A program made the translations under genes and the position numbers. From assembly GCA_963581225.1 (NCBI GenBank), contig CAUZMW010000001.1, positions 3,405-67,404 of the forward strand: a stretch of DNA of 64,000 nt, read 5' to 3'. This document shows positions 33,461-42,368 of the stretch, in pieces. The stretch's first letter is position 1. Each line of letters starts with the position of its first letter. The stretch is from Gammaproteobacteria bacterium (lineage in GTDB: Bacteria > Pseudomonadota > Gammaproteobacteria > Steroidobacterales > Rariloculaceae). The notes beneath the pieces are model-generated. The model was not told where the DNA came from and ran no database searches. It saw only the letters and a list, made by a program, of their open reading frames with translations.

Positions 33461-34514
33461 ATGTTTAAACCCATCACACTAGCCGTAGGCATACTGGTCA
33501 CATTACCCCTCTCGGTCATAGCACATCATTCGATGTCCGAGTTCGATCGCAGCGTGGTCGAAGAAGTGACAGGAGTTGCCTCTAGAGTGTCGTGGAAGAA
33601 TCCGCACATTCTTCTGGAAGTAACGAACACGGACGCAAACGGCGCGGAGGCAATCTACTATTTTGAAGGCAGCGCCGTCAGTTCGCAGCGCCGCCGCAGA
33701 CTGACGGGTGACGAGATCTCGGTCGGAGATTCGGTGCGCGTCGCCGGCTGGCCGTCCACCCGCCGGGAGAACTACATCCAGGTCAACCACGTCTTATTGC
33801 CAAGCGGCATCGAGTTACTCGTCGGCGGCCAGCAGGAGCCGCGCTGGGCGGACGAGTCGTTGGGCGGAGACAGAGACGTACTCGATCCCGCGCTAGTCGC
33901 GGCAGCAACCGGAGACGGGATCTACCGAGTCTGGAGCCAGGGCTCACGCGCCTGGTTCTTTACGGGGCGTTCCGGATACCAGCTCAACGACGCGGCTATG
34001 GCTGCGGTTGCCGATTGGGACGACATCGCCGACAACCCGATCATCGAATGCATCGCGCCGGGCATGCCGTCACTGATGGGGAAACCCCTATCCGATGGAA
34101 TTCACGCAGGTCGGCGACAGCATTGAGCTGCGCTTCGAGGAATTCGATGCGCTGCGGATTATTCACATGGGCGACGATGTCGCCGATCCGGCTGAAGTGC
34201 CGTTATCGCATTGGGGTTACTCCGTAGGGCGTTGGGAAGGCGAGACGCTCGTCGTCGACACGTCCCGGGTCGGCTGGCACTACTTCAACCGCTCCGGTGC
34301 GCCGCAGACGCCGAACGTCAAAATCAACGAGCGTTTCACGGTCGTGGACGGCGGCAACCGGCTCGACTGGCTGCTGACAGTGGATGAACCTGCGACTCTG
34401 GTTGAGCCGTTCGTCCTCGACGGATATTTTATCTGGAAGCCTGGCGAGCAGATCAATCCTTACGAGTGCGAACTCGAGGAGTGGGCGTCGACCGAGAACA
34501 CGCTGACGAACTGA
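33461..34514 (+). pseudogene. Paralog of 32032..33075, interrupted by a 1-nt frameshift near 34079-34088
   Basis: Signal peptide MFKPITLAVGILVTLPLSVIA/HHSMSEFD...VSWKNPH...ECIAPGMPSLMG, after which the frame is lost. ORF 34095..34514 continues with ...RIIHMGDD...WGYSVGRWEGETLVVDTS, collinear with the paralog. Removing one base from ATGGGGAAACCCCTAT restores MGNPYPMEF. Confidence 0.7.
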
Positions 34515-34539
34515 TCGCGGCCAGGCCCCCGCTCCTACA
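34513..34539 (+). repeat. REP family 1 copy filling a convergent gene gap
   Basis: GATCGCGGCCAGGCCCCCGCTCCTACA. Its first bases overlap the TGA of 33461..34514. Its CTA (34535-34537) is the complement of the amidase TAG stop. Confidence 0.8.
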
Positions 34540-36274
34540 ACGCGGGGGCGCTGGACGGCGGCACGCGCCGCATCGTTGCTTGTTCGAACGCATACGCCAG
34601 GCCGATTAACCCCGGCTCGCTACAAGCCGTACCCGTGAACGTCACGCCGAACGGCTGCGGCTCGGCATCGAAACCGGCCGGGAAGGGCGGGTCGGGCTCG
34701 TTCGTCACGCGCCCGAAAGGAACGATCACGCTCGGGTAGCCCGGCCGCGCGGCGACCCAGGCGCCGCGGTTGGCAGGAAACAGCAACGCGTCAAGGCCAT
34801 GTTCCTCCATCGCCGCATCGATTCCGTAGGCGCCGGCGAGCTGGATATCCTTAGCGCGATCGGCATCGTAGCGCACCCGATCACCGTCCAGGTCCATCTC
34901 ATCTGAGATATCGAGACGCGTTTGACCGTATGGAATAGCGCCTGTAGGAGCATGCGCCTCGTTCCACTGCCGCAACTCCGTGATCGAATTCACCGGGACA
35001 CTCGAGCCCAACGTCGAGAGCCACGCGTTGAAATCTCGCTTCATGCCGTACTTCAGGACGACAGAGCAGTCGTCGTCCAGGCCTTTCGCGGCATTCGCGC
35101 CCGCGCAGACGCCGAAGCTCAGAAGGTTTCGTGCGGGATCGGGGTCGAGGACTGTCGGCAGATCGGCAGGATCGACGATGACCGCGCCCTGCGCTTCGAG
35201 TACGGCAATCGCGTCAGCCATGACTCGGCCCTCCTCCGGCGTTAACTCACCGGACTGACGATCTGTACCCGGTACCGGTATGGGTTCGAGGAATCCGGCC
35301 CGCGGGATACCGATTCGCGCGCCGTTCAAAGCGGCGGCATCCAGAAAGACCGTGTAGTCATTGTCCGCGGGCGCCTCGCAACGACCCGTCGCGGCGTCGT
35401 TCGGGTCGGCAACGTCGCCCTCGAGCACGCCGAGAAGTATGGCCGCATCCAACACGGTTCGGGTCATCGGCCCGGCCGTGTCCTGATCCGCCGTAATCGG
35501 AATAATGCCGTAGCGACTCACCCGGCCAACCGTCGGTTTGATGCCGACGAGCATCGTCTGGCTCGACGGCCACAGGATGGAGCCCGAGGTCTCGGTACCG
35601 ACACTGGCTGCCCACAGATTCGCGCTCGTGCCTATCCCCGAGCTGGATCCGCCGGTCTCCAGGACAGGCCACACCTCGGTCGTGGCAAGCCGCGGATCGC
35701 GTCGCGGGTCGTAGGGATTGGACGCGTAGCCGCCGAGCGGGCTGAAATTGTCCGGCGATTCGAACGGGTCGCCGGCGACCCAGTTTGCGAGTTCGGTCAG
35801 GACGGTCTTAGCGAGAATAATCGCGCCGGCTTCGCGGAGATTCTCCGTCAGCGTGGCTTCGTAGGGCGGGACCAGGCCGGCGAATGCCTGCGCGCCGCCC
35901 GTCGTCGGCATATCCGTCGTATGGATGTTGTCCTTTAGCGCGACCGGGATCCCGTGCAGAGGGCCGCGCACCGTGCCTTCGGCCCGCTCCCGGTCCAGGC
36001 GTTCGGCCTCGCCCAGCGCGTTCGGGTTCACGGCGATCGTGGCGTTGAGAAGATTCTCGTAGGTCGCAATACGGGCGAGATAGGTCAACGTGAGATCGCG
36101 GGACGTGAGCGTGCCGTCGGTCATCGCGGCCTGCATCTCCGTGATCGTCGCTTCGATCACGTCGAAGCGCGGGGCGTCTGTGCGGATGACGATTTCCTCT
36201 TCCTTGTTCTCGCAAGCGGCTAGTGATAACAGCAGCGCTAGCGCCGTTGAGGTGAAAATTGAACGTCTGAGCAT
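34535..36274 (-). CDS. amidase-signature family amidase, lipoprotein
   Basis: AS motif GGSSSGIGTSANLWAASVGTETSGSILWPS. Start moved from 36604 to Met111 (36274), which gives the lipobox signal MLRRSIFTSTALALLLSLAAC and stops the ORF crossing a REP and the neighbouring gene. Confidence 0.85.
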   Translation of the reverse strand: MLRRSIFTSTALALLLSLAACENKEEEIVIRTDAPRFDVIEATITEMQAAMTDGTLTSRDLTLTYLARIATYENLLNATIAVNPNALGEAERLDRERAEGTVRGPLHGIPVALKDNIHTTDMPTTGGAQAFAGLVPPYEATLTENLREAGAIILAKTVLTELANWVAGDPFESPDNFSPLGGYASNPYDPRRDPRLATTEVWPVLETGGSSSGIGTSANLWAASVGTETSGSILWPSSQTMLVGIKPTVGRVSRYGIIPITADQDTAGPMTRTVLDAAILLGVLEGDVADPNDAATGRCEAPADNDYTVFLDAAALNGARIGIPRAGFLEPIPVPGTDRQSGELTPEEGRVMADAIAVLEAQGAVIVDPADLPTVLDPDPARNLLSFGVCAGANAAKGLDDDCSVVLKYGMKRDFNAWLSTLGSSVPVNSITELRQWNEAHAPTGAIPYGQTRLDISDEMDLDGDRVRYDADRAKDIQLAGAYGIDAAMEEHGLDALLFPANRGAWVAARPGYPSVIVPFGRVTNEPDPPFPAGFDAEPQPFGVTFTGTACSEPGLIGLAYAFEQATMRRVPPSSAPAL

Positions 36275-36309
36275 CAGGGTGTTCTCCGCAGATCTGATCG
36301 GTCGATAGT

Positions 36310-36335
36310 ATCGCGGCCGGGAGGCCACTCCTACA
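36310..36335 (+). repeat. REP family 1 copy
   Basis: ATCGCGGCCGGGAGGCCACTCCTACA, in the same orientation as the copy at 34513. Confidence 0.75.
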
Positions 36336-36355
36336 ATGGAGCCTGATGCAGCGAG

Positions 36356-36679
36356 GTGACAACTATGCTCGACATTGAAGCGGTCAATCACGTCGGCATT
36401 CGTGTCGCGGACAAAACGCGGTCCATCGCGTTCTACGACAATCTCGGCTTCGCGCTCGTAAGCGACGTCGGCTTCGAGCACGGCCATCCCGTCATCATGA
36501 AGCATCCCTGCGGCGGCGTGCTGAATCTGCTGGGTCCGGCGAACGCATCCGCCGGAACGAATATTTTGATGGACGTCGACGAAAAACATCCTGGCTACAC
36601 GCACATCGCGCTGACGGTCAGTTCACTGGCAGATGCGAAGGACTTTATCAAGACCAACGGCCGCGGCCACGGCGGATAA
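36356..36679 (+). CDS. VOC/glyoxalase-family protein, probably C-terminally truncated (107 aa)
   Basis: LDIEAVNHVGIRVADKTRSIAFYDNLGF...GYTHIALTV is a VOC fold. The ORF ends right after the start of the last beta-alpha unit (DFIKTNGRGHGG*). About 20-25 aa expected from family members are missing. Confidence 0.6.
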   Translation: MTTMLDIEAVNHVGIRVADKTRSIAFYDNLGFALVSDVGFEHGHPVIMKHPCGGVLNLLGPANASAGTNILMDVDEKHPGYTHIALTVSSLADAKDFIKTNGRGHGG

Positions 36680-36971
36680 TCGAGCCACGGCGTTAGACGT
36701 AGGTCTGCCCCAACCGAGGCAGGCCGTCGGCGTCTCCTAGCCACTGATCTGAACCCCAGCGGCTTTTTGCGAGCATCTGTATCAGCGCCGAGAACACCTG
36801 TGTTATCGGGGCAGCCAACGTCGCTTCATGTCGTTGCCGAAGCACGGCCTTTCTCCCTGACGGTTTCCGTACCGTCGTTGGAGAACCAGCCTAAGTTCGT
36901 CGACTAAATTATCCCAGTCGCCTAATCTCGCGAAGCTTGTGGAAACGTCGCTTGCGCCAAGCGCGGCAGAC

Positions 36972-37946
36972 TCACGGCACGAGTATGGTCGAACCTGTCG
37001 TGCGTCTCGCTTCGAGCGCCCGGTGGGCGTCTGCAGCATCAGCCAAAGCGAATCGCTGACCGATTTCGATTTTCACGTGCCCGCCGCCAACCACGCTCAT
37101 GAGCTCACCGGCGCCCCACTCGAGATCTTCGCGTGTTGCGATGTAGTTCGGCAGGGCCGGTCGCGTCACATATAGCGATCCGCGCTTCATGAGCTCCAGC
37201 AACGGCAGACAGTCGACCGGGCCGGAAGCGTTGCCAAAACTGACCAGGAGACCGCGCGACTTCAGGCAGTCGAGAGACGTGTACAGCGCGTCCTTGCCGA
37301 CCGGATCATAGACGACCGGTACGCCATCGCCATTCGTGAGGTCTCGAACGGCCTCGACGATGTTGCTGTCGGAGAGCAGCACCTCCTCGCATCCATGCGC
37401 GAGCGCCGCTTCCCGCTTCTCCTCCGTGCTCACGACACCGATAACCCTGGCACCGAGATGCTTCGCCCACTGTGCCGCGATCGTGCCGACGCCGCCAGCC
37501 GCCGCGTATAACAGGATCCAGTCGCCGGCCTGAACTTCGTAGGTGCGTCTGAGCAAATACCACGATGTCAGGCCCTTGAGCATCATCGCGGCGGCGGTTT
37601 CATCGTCGATGCCATCGGGCAGCTTCAGCAAGGCCTTCGCATCCATGACGCATTCTTCGGAATAAGCCTGAGGAGGTACGGAGTACGCGTAGGCAATTCG
37701 ATCTCCCGGCGCGACGTGCTCGACCCCCTCGCCGACGGAGACGACGGTACCCGCAGCTTCGCCACCGAGCCCGCTGGGCAGCTGGACAGGATACATTCCC
37801 GTCCGGATGTGCGTGTCAATGTAGTTCAGGCCGACGGCTGTATGGGCGACCCTCGCCTGCCCCGGCCCGGGATCGCCTAGTTCCACCTCGACGAATTCGA
37901 GATTCTCAGGGCCGCCAAACTCATTTATTCTTATCGCGTGGGTCAT
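36972..37946 (-). CDS. qor: NADPH:quinone oxidoreductase (zeta-crystallin type MDR)
   Basis: MTHAIRINEFGGPENLEFVEVELGDPGPGQARVAHTAVGLNYID and the cofactor loop AAAGGVG. Confidence 0.85.
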   Translation of the reverse strand: MTHAIRINEFGGPENLEFVEVELGDPGPGQARVAHTAVGLNYIDTHIRTGMYPVQLPSGLGGEAAGTVVSVGEGVEHVAPGDRIAYAYSVPPQAYSEECVMDAKALLKLPDGIDDETAAAMMLKGLTSWYLLRRTYEVQAGDWILLYAAAGGVGTIAAQWAKHLGARVIGVVSTEEKREAALAHGCEEVLLSDSNIVEAVRDLTNGDGVPVVYDPVGKDALYTSLDCLKSRGLLVSFGNASGPVDCLPLLELMKRGSLYVTRPALPNYIATREDLEWGAGELMSVVGGGHVKIEIGQRFALADAADAHRALEARRTTGSTILVP

Positions 37947-38006
37947 TGCTCTAACTGTCCTCTCTTGAAGCTATTCGTTAACTGAGCGGCTACGATACAA
38001 CATCCC

Positions 38007-39221
38007 ATGCCCAAGCACTTCATCATCATAGGCGGCGGCCAGGCGGGCGCGCAGGCGGTCCAAACACTACGCCAGAACAACTTCGACGGCCTCATCACGC
38101 TGGTAGGCGAAGAGCGTCAACTACCCTATCAACGGCCGCCGCTGTCGAAAAATTATCTAGCCGGTAAGCTGGACGCTGAACGGTTGAGTCTCCGGTCTGC
38201 GAGCTTCTACTCAGACCGGAACGTCACGCTGGAACTCGGTACGCGTGCGGATACTCTGGAGCCGTCAAGCCGCCGGTTAAGACTCGGTGACGGTCGAGTA
38301 CTCGACTACGACGGACTGCTACTCGCGACCGGAAGCCGGGTTCGGCGACTCGATTCGCCCGGCTCCGACCTCGCCGGGATTCACTACCTCCGTACTACTG
38401 CTGACGCAGATGCTATCCGGGCTGAGTTTCTACCCGGCAAGAAACTCGTGATCGTGGGCGCCGGTTATATCGGGCTGGAAGTTGCTTCCATCGCGGCCAC
38501 GCTCGGCGTGGACGTGACAATACTCGAGGCCGCCGATCGCGTGATGGCCCGTGTCGTCAGCGTCGAGACATCGCATTTCTATCTTAACTATCACTCCAGC
38601 GCGGGCGTAGAGATTCATTGCGATTCGAGCGTTACGGTTTTCCACGGTCGGGATCGGGTCGCAGCGGTTGAGACGGCGGCGGGCCGGCGCTTCAGTTGTG
38701 ACATCGTCGTCGCCGGAATCGGCATCATGCCCGAGGTCAGCCTGGCCGAAGCGTCGGGCCTGAAATGCGACAACGGCATTCATGTCGATGACCATGCGCG
38801 TACCGATGAACCGAGAATCGTCGCGGCGGGCGACTGCACGAATCATCCGAACCCGTTCGCGGGCCGGAGGATTCGTCTTGAGTCCGTGCACAATGCGATC
38901 GAGCAAGCGAAAACTGCCGCGCTGAGCCTGCTTGAAAAGTCCCAACCGTATGCGCAGGTTCCATGGTTCTGGTCCGATCAGTACGACCTGAAACTACAGA
39001 TTGCCGGACTCTCCGGAGATCATGACCAGATAATCGTCAGGGGCAACCCGAAGGAGAACCGGTTCTCGGCGTGTTATCTGCGCGCTGGAAGGCTCGCCGC
39101 CGTGGAGGCGGTAAATTCTCCGCGAGATTTCATGTTCGGTAAGAAGCTAATCGCGGCCGAGGTGGTGGTGACACCGGAGCAGGTAGCGGATTCGGCCGTA
39201 AGCCTTGGCGATCTCTTATAG
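38007..39221 (+). CDS. FAD/NAD(P)H-dependent ferredoxin (rubredoxin/putidaredoxin-type) reductase
   Basis: IIIGGGQAGAQAV...LPYQRPPLSK, a second dinucleotide fold VIVGAGYIGLEVA, and WFWSDQYD in the C-terminal dimerisation domain. Confidence 0.85.
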   Translation: MPKHFIIIGGGQAGAQAVQTLRQNNFDGLITLVGEERQLPYQRPPLSKNYLAGKLDAERLSLRSASFYSDRNVTLELGTRADTLEPSSRRLRLGDGRVLDYDGLLLATGSRVRRLDSPGSDLAGIHYLRTTADADAIRAEFLPGKKLVIVGAGYIGLEVASIAATLGVDVTILEAADRVMARVVSVETSHFYLNYHSSAGVEIHCDSSVTVFHGRDRVAAVETAAGRRFSCDIVVAGIGIMPEVSLAEASGLKCDNGIHVDDHARTDEPRIVAAGDCTNHPNPFAGRRIRLESVHNAIEQAKTAALSLLEKSQPYAQVPWFWSDQYDLKLQIAGLSGDHDQIIVRGNPKENRFSACYLRAGRLAAVEAVNSPRDFMFGKKLIAAEVVVTPEQVADSAVSLGDLL

Positions 39222-39234
39222 CGCAAATACGGGC

Positions 39235-39310
39235 AAATACGGGGACGGTCTACCTAACTATCTAGACAGTTCAACAGGGTTCGTGAATTAAGTAGACCGT
39301 CCCCGTATCT
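39235..39310. repeat. Hairpin repeat family 2, complete copy (17-bp perfect stem, 38-nt loop); possible terminator
   Basis: ATACGGGGACGGTCTAC (39237-39253) pairs with GTAGACCGTCCCCGTAT (39292-39308). The element starts 14 nt after the reductase stop. The left arm plus flank recurs at 11533-11557. Confidence 0.8.
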
Positions 39311-39333
39311 CGCGAAAGTAAAAGCTGCCCGGT

Positions 39334-40017
39334 TTATTCCGCGGCGAGGCTGGTCGCCTTCCCGGGCAGACTCACGAATAGTCGCGCGGTAAAATCCCCG
39401 GGGCCGCGGATTTTATCGAAACCGGAGAGTTCGTAGCTCTCGACAGCCGTACCCTCGAGGTTGGCGAAGCGACCCGTCGCGCCTGCGGTGATCGCCGAAC
39501 CGCCCTCGCCCGGACCGGCGGTTGGGCGATAGTTTCGCGGTCCCTGCCAAGGCCGATCGAGATACCAGACAGGAATTAACGTCTCTTTCAGAAATGGCCA
39601 GAGGTTGCTGTCCGCTCGAATAAAGAACGAGCCCTCGCCCGAGATCGTGACGAGCCAGTCGTCGTCGACCATAATGCCCCGCGTCAACATTTCCGTACTC
39701 TCGGAAAACTGGCTTAAGCGACTCGCTATGCCAACCGGAGCGTCCTCCTCATCCCTTAGCACGACGACACTCAGCATCGACTTACTGATCGTGCTCTCCC
39801 ACAACTCGGGGATAGATGCCGGTCGTAACGGTAACCGGGACCCGCCGCTATGGGTTACGACGAGGCCCTCAGCGAATGGCGAGCGATACGTAAACACGCG
39901 CGCGTTGACGCCGGAAATGAAGCCAGCGTCCGCTGTGATCGGATTGTAGTAAAGCCCGACCAGCACGAGCGCGCTGCCGAGCACGAACCCGAGTACCGAA
40001 GTGAGCAAGAATTTCAT
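39334..40017 (-). CDS. membrane-anchored hypothetical protein (227 aa), paralog of the upstream gene
   Basis: N-terminal TM MKFLLTSVLGFVLGSALVLVGLY followed by a beta-rich soluble domain. ATGA overlap with 40014..40664. Confidence 0.6.
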   Translation of the reverse strand: MKFLLTSVLGFVLGSALVLVGLYYNPITADAGFISGVNARVFTYRSPFAEGLVVTHSGGSRLPLRPASIPELWESTISKSMLSVVVLRDEEDAPVGIASRLSQFSESTEMLTRGIMVDDDWLVTISGEGSFFIRADSNLWPFLKETLIPVWYLDRPWQGPRNYRPTAGPGEGGSAITAGATGRFANLEGTAVESYELSGFDKIRGPGDFTARLFVSLPGKATSLAAE

Positions 40018-40664
40018 CCGCCAGCCTCTGCTATGGTATGCAGCTGAATTGTTCCGCGCAGTTCGCCAGCCTGACTCACTCCGCTGATAGACCAGCTCTC
40101 CGAGTAGCTGCCGATCAGGCCTGCAAACTCGTGGCTGCCTCCGGCAACAAGGCCGGACTCAGCCTCGACAGATCCGATCGCCAATTCGACATCGCCGCTC
40201 CATGCCTGGCCTTCGACGCGGCCTGCGGCACCAAGCGCGCGATCGAGCGCGGCCGGATCGGCCGCACCGCGCAGACGCAGCGTACCCCGACTCGGTATAG
40301 TCAACGCCCAAGCGGCGGTTGCCTCCGCGTCGGTGACACTCGTATGCCTGGCCGCTACGCCAATCACGTCACCGTCAATATTGCGTAGTTTGAAATGCTC
40401 CACCAGCACTGGATTGGCTGCGAACTCCTCGGGAAGTTCAATATCCGCGGGAAAAGAGCTGGCCCGCAGCCCCATCTGGGCCGTGCCCGCGCTCGAGATT
40501 CGGTCGACAGGGAATCGGATCAGGAAGTCTTCGATACGCCCCCCGTTGTGAAGTACCGTCGTGATTGACGCTGAACGTGGATGGTCCACCCACGGATAGA
40601 ACCGTGCGGCACCAAGGGCCACGATGATGCCTAAGAGAATCCCTGCGACGAAGGCTGCTTTCAT
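40014..40664 (-). CDS. membrane-anchored hypothetical protein (216 aa)
   Basis: N-terminal TM MKAAFVAGILLGIIVALGAARF. Blocks collinear with its neighbour: VEHFKLRNIDGDVIGVAARHT vs VVVLRDEEDAPVGIASRLS, and WALTIPSRGTL vs WLVTISGEGSF. Confidence 0.6.
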   Translation of the reverse strand: MKAAFVAGILLGIIVALGAARFYPWVDHPRSASITTVLHNGGRIEDFLIRFPVDRISSAGTAQMGLRASSFPADIELPEEFAANPVLVEHFKLRNIDGDVIGVAARHTSVTDAEATAAWALTIPSRGTLRLRGAADPAALDRALGAAGRVEGQAWSGDVELAIGSVEAESGLVAGGSHEFAGLIGSYSESWSISGVSQAGELRGTIQLHTIAEAGG

Positions 40665-40737
40665 TGGTTGCTAGCTTACTGATCGTGCCTCGGACGTAAA
40701 GTATCTCTTCTTCCGCGGCAGGATACGGGTACGGATT

Positions 40738-42327
40738 TCACAAAATAGCACGCTCAGCACCTAAAATACTCCCGAAATAGCCGGCCAGGTAGTCCTCGAA
40801 GGACTGATCCGGCCGCCGCTCCAGAGCCTGAGCTCGAGCGAGCGAGCGCTCCGCGGCGCGGGCGAACAACGCCAACTTATCCGGCGACAAGCTGAGACTA
40901 CGGAAGTACTCTGCATGAGATTTTGAGAGGTCCAGTGTGAAGTCGAGGAAACCCTGCCCGCTCTCCCTTATATTGGCCACCAGCTGGGCCGACGGCGTCA
41001 GACTCGAATCTCGCAGGGCCGTGCGTTGCGCCTCGACGGCCGCCAGATAGCCCTCTCCGTCAACATCCAGAATCGCCGCGACTTCCAATAGGCGCTCGGT
41101 GAGCGCGAGCCCGCGGTCACGCATCGAAACATTCTTCCCAGACTCGGGCAGTGTCAGCCCGGGTTTGCGGCCCTCCCGTGCGACCACAAGGTCTCTTTCG
41201 TCAATCTCGGCCTGCTCAGCGGCGTCAATCGGCGGGCTTTCCGCCAACAAACAGTAGATCAATGTGGCCTCCGCAAAGCGCAGTTGGTTCTGATTGACGC
41301 CGACGGGATCGAGCATGTTGATGTCTAGCGTCCGTACCTCGACGTAGTCGACGCCCACATCACGCAGACGGACGATCGGCGGAGAATCTCCTCCCGGCGC
41401 GGGTTTGGGGCGAATCGAACTGTAGTACTCATTTTCAATCTGCAGAATATTGGCGTTGAGCTGACGGTAAGTTCCGTTTACTCGAACACCAATTTTCTCG
41501 TAGCCGGCGCTGGGCGTCGTGACCGCCGCGGCGAGTCCCGCCGTGTAGTCCTCGAGAGAGTTAGCCGAAATCTGCAGTCCGGCCTGGGTCTTGTTGCGGT
41601 AGCCGATATCGCTCATGCGCAAGCTTGTGCTGAACGGTCCGTACCATGTCGATGAGTTCAGCTCCTCAAGTATTTCATGACCATTGGGACAGAAGGATTT
41701 GCACAGCGCCGGCGAGGCACCGAATAGGTAGACGAACAGCCACGCGATACGCCGATAGTTTCGGACTAAACCCATGTACTGAGCGGAGATGAAGCGCTGC
41801 AGCGACTCCGTACTCTTCTGCTGCTCGCGGAATGGCTCCCAGAACGAGACCGGCAACGAGTAATTGTAATGAACGCCGGATATCGCCTGCATCGCCCGGC
41901 CATAGCGATAGCCAAGCCCGCGCCGATAAATAGTCTTCATCTGGCCGAGGTTCGATTGGCCGTAGGTAGCGATCGGAAGGCCCGCGTTTGGATTGACGAT
42001 GCACGGCATGCTTTGAGCCCACAGCAATTCGTCTTCCAGGTTTTGAGACACGAAGCAGTGACTGTCACATAGAAACTGGACCGTCTCCCAGTTCGTTGGA
42101 TAAGGCGGGGTGACGAACTCCAGCTGAGCTTCCGAGTAGTCGGTCGTTAGATACGGATGGGTGAGCGCGGATCCGAGACGCGTGGGATGCATTCGCGCTG
42201 ACAGGTGCCCCTCACTGTCCACGCGCAGGCATTCCTTCTCAATGCCACGAAGCCCACACCGTATTAGCTTGGCGTGAGCCTCGTCCTGCAACCAGCCTAA
42301 GGGCGGGGAATTTCCGATGGAATTCAT
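40738..42327 (-). CDS. gshA: glutamate--cysteine ligase (proteobacterial type)
   Basis: 529 aa. GIEKECLRVDSEGHLSARMHPTRLGSALTHPYLTTDYSEAQLEFVTPP matches the canonical GshA N-terminal region. Confidence 0.92.
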   Translation of the reverse strand: MNSIGNSPPLGWLQDEAHAKLIRCGLRGIEKECLRVDSEGHLSARMHPTRLGSALTHPYLTTDYSEAQLEFVTPPYPTNWETVQFLCDSHCFVSQNLEDELLWAQSMPCIVNPNAGLPIATYGQSNLGQMKTIYRRGLGYRYGRAMQAISGVHYNYSLPVSFWEPFREQQKSTESLQRFISAQYMGLVRNYRRIAWLFVYLFGASPALCKSFCPNGHEILEELNSSTWYGPFSTSLRMSDIGYRNKTQAGLQISANSLEDYTAGLAAAVTTPSAGYEKIGVRVNGTYRQLNANILQIENEYYSSIRPKPAPGGDSPPIVRLRDVGVDYVEVRTLDINMLDPVGVNQNQLRFAEATLIYCLLAESPPIDAAEQAEIDERDLVVAREGRKPGLTLPESGKNVSMRDRGLALTERLLEVAAILDVDGEGYLAAVEAQRTALRDSSLTPSAQLVANIRESGQGFLDFTLDLSKSHAEYFRSLSLSPDKLALFARAAERSLARAQALERRPDQSFEDYLAGYFGSILGAERAIL

Positions 42328-42368
42328 GGTCGAATAGTAAGTCGATCCAGGCCGCTCGGGAACCGTGT

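Noticed and set aside
34535-36604. The full 689-aa version of the amidase ORF. The same issue affects the N-terminally extended track versions of other genes: 3949, 6773, 17769..18569, 26698, 57451, 58038, 59299, 60207 and 61430.
   Set aside because: - The extensions overlap upstream genes or REPs, lack homology-like sequence and bury obvious signal peptides or conserved N-termini.
- Internal starts with SD sequences give family-typical lengths.
36803-37039. 78-aa minus-strand ORF in the VOC-qor gap, considered as a gene or gene remnant.
   Set aside because: - It overlaps the 3' end of qor in another frame, has no SD or motif, and has a biased basic composition.
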